64,000 bases of DNA from Heptranchias perlo (taxonomy: Eukaryota): NCBI RefSeq assembly GCF_035084215.1, contig NC_090329.1, positions 119,660,001-119,724,000 of the forward strand, read 5' to 3'. Under the pieces are notes generated by a model. It had not been told where the DNA came from. It was given only the letters and a program-made list of their open reading frames with translations, and did no database searches. The stretch's first letter is position 1, and every line of letters starts with the position of its first letter. Shown in pieces: positions 63,829-64,000 of the stretch. Made by a program: the position numbers and the translations under genes.

Positions 63829-64000
63829 CCGTCCGATTTACGCTCCCGTCCGATTTACGCTCCCGTCCGATTTACGCTCCCGTCCGATTTACACCCCCGT
63901 CCGATTTCCCCCCCCCGTCCGATTCCCCCTCCCCGTCCGATTCCCACCCCCCGTCCGATTCCCACCCCCCCGTCCGATTCCCACCCCCCGTCCGATTTCC
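63829..64000. repeat. 17-19-bp tandem repeat running off the window end
   Basis: ccgtccgatttacgctc grading into ccgtccgattcccaccccc. Confidence 0.9.

Noticed and set aside
63829-64000. Telomeric repeat
   Set aside because: No (TTAGGG)n; a C-rich minisatellite truncated by the window end.

Overview
Repeat-dense vertebrate nuclear DNA, most likely a shark or other cartilaginous fish, inferred from its repeat content: CR1 LINEs with 8-bp tail repeats, L2 LINEs, DeuSINE/SacSINE1-type SINEs and Penelope-like elements (PLEs). No intact, recognisable host protein-coding gene is visible. The longer ORFs are mostly decayed reverse-transcriptase fragments, their antisense shadows, or tandem-repeat artefacts. 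The notable signal is a young PLE-derived family with four copies (20045, 34559, 40504, 48739). Two copies carry a minimal type-I hammerhead ribozyme motif, three have 12-14-bp target-site duplications (TSDs), and three show fold-back hairpins at their truncated ends. One copy is a perfect 106-bp-arm palindrome. Another sits at the junction of a ~780-bp inverted duplication of neighbouring DNA that replaced the middle of a probably once full-length CR1, which also has a tandemly amplified promoter-like 5' region and a solo LTR in ORF1. Also present: two further solo-LTR candidates, a hAT-type MITE, several minisatellites, CTCF-like motifs and weak candidate exons on the minus strand. Coordinates of degenerate repeats are approximate and family names come from motif recognition, not a database search.
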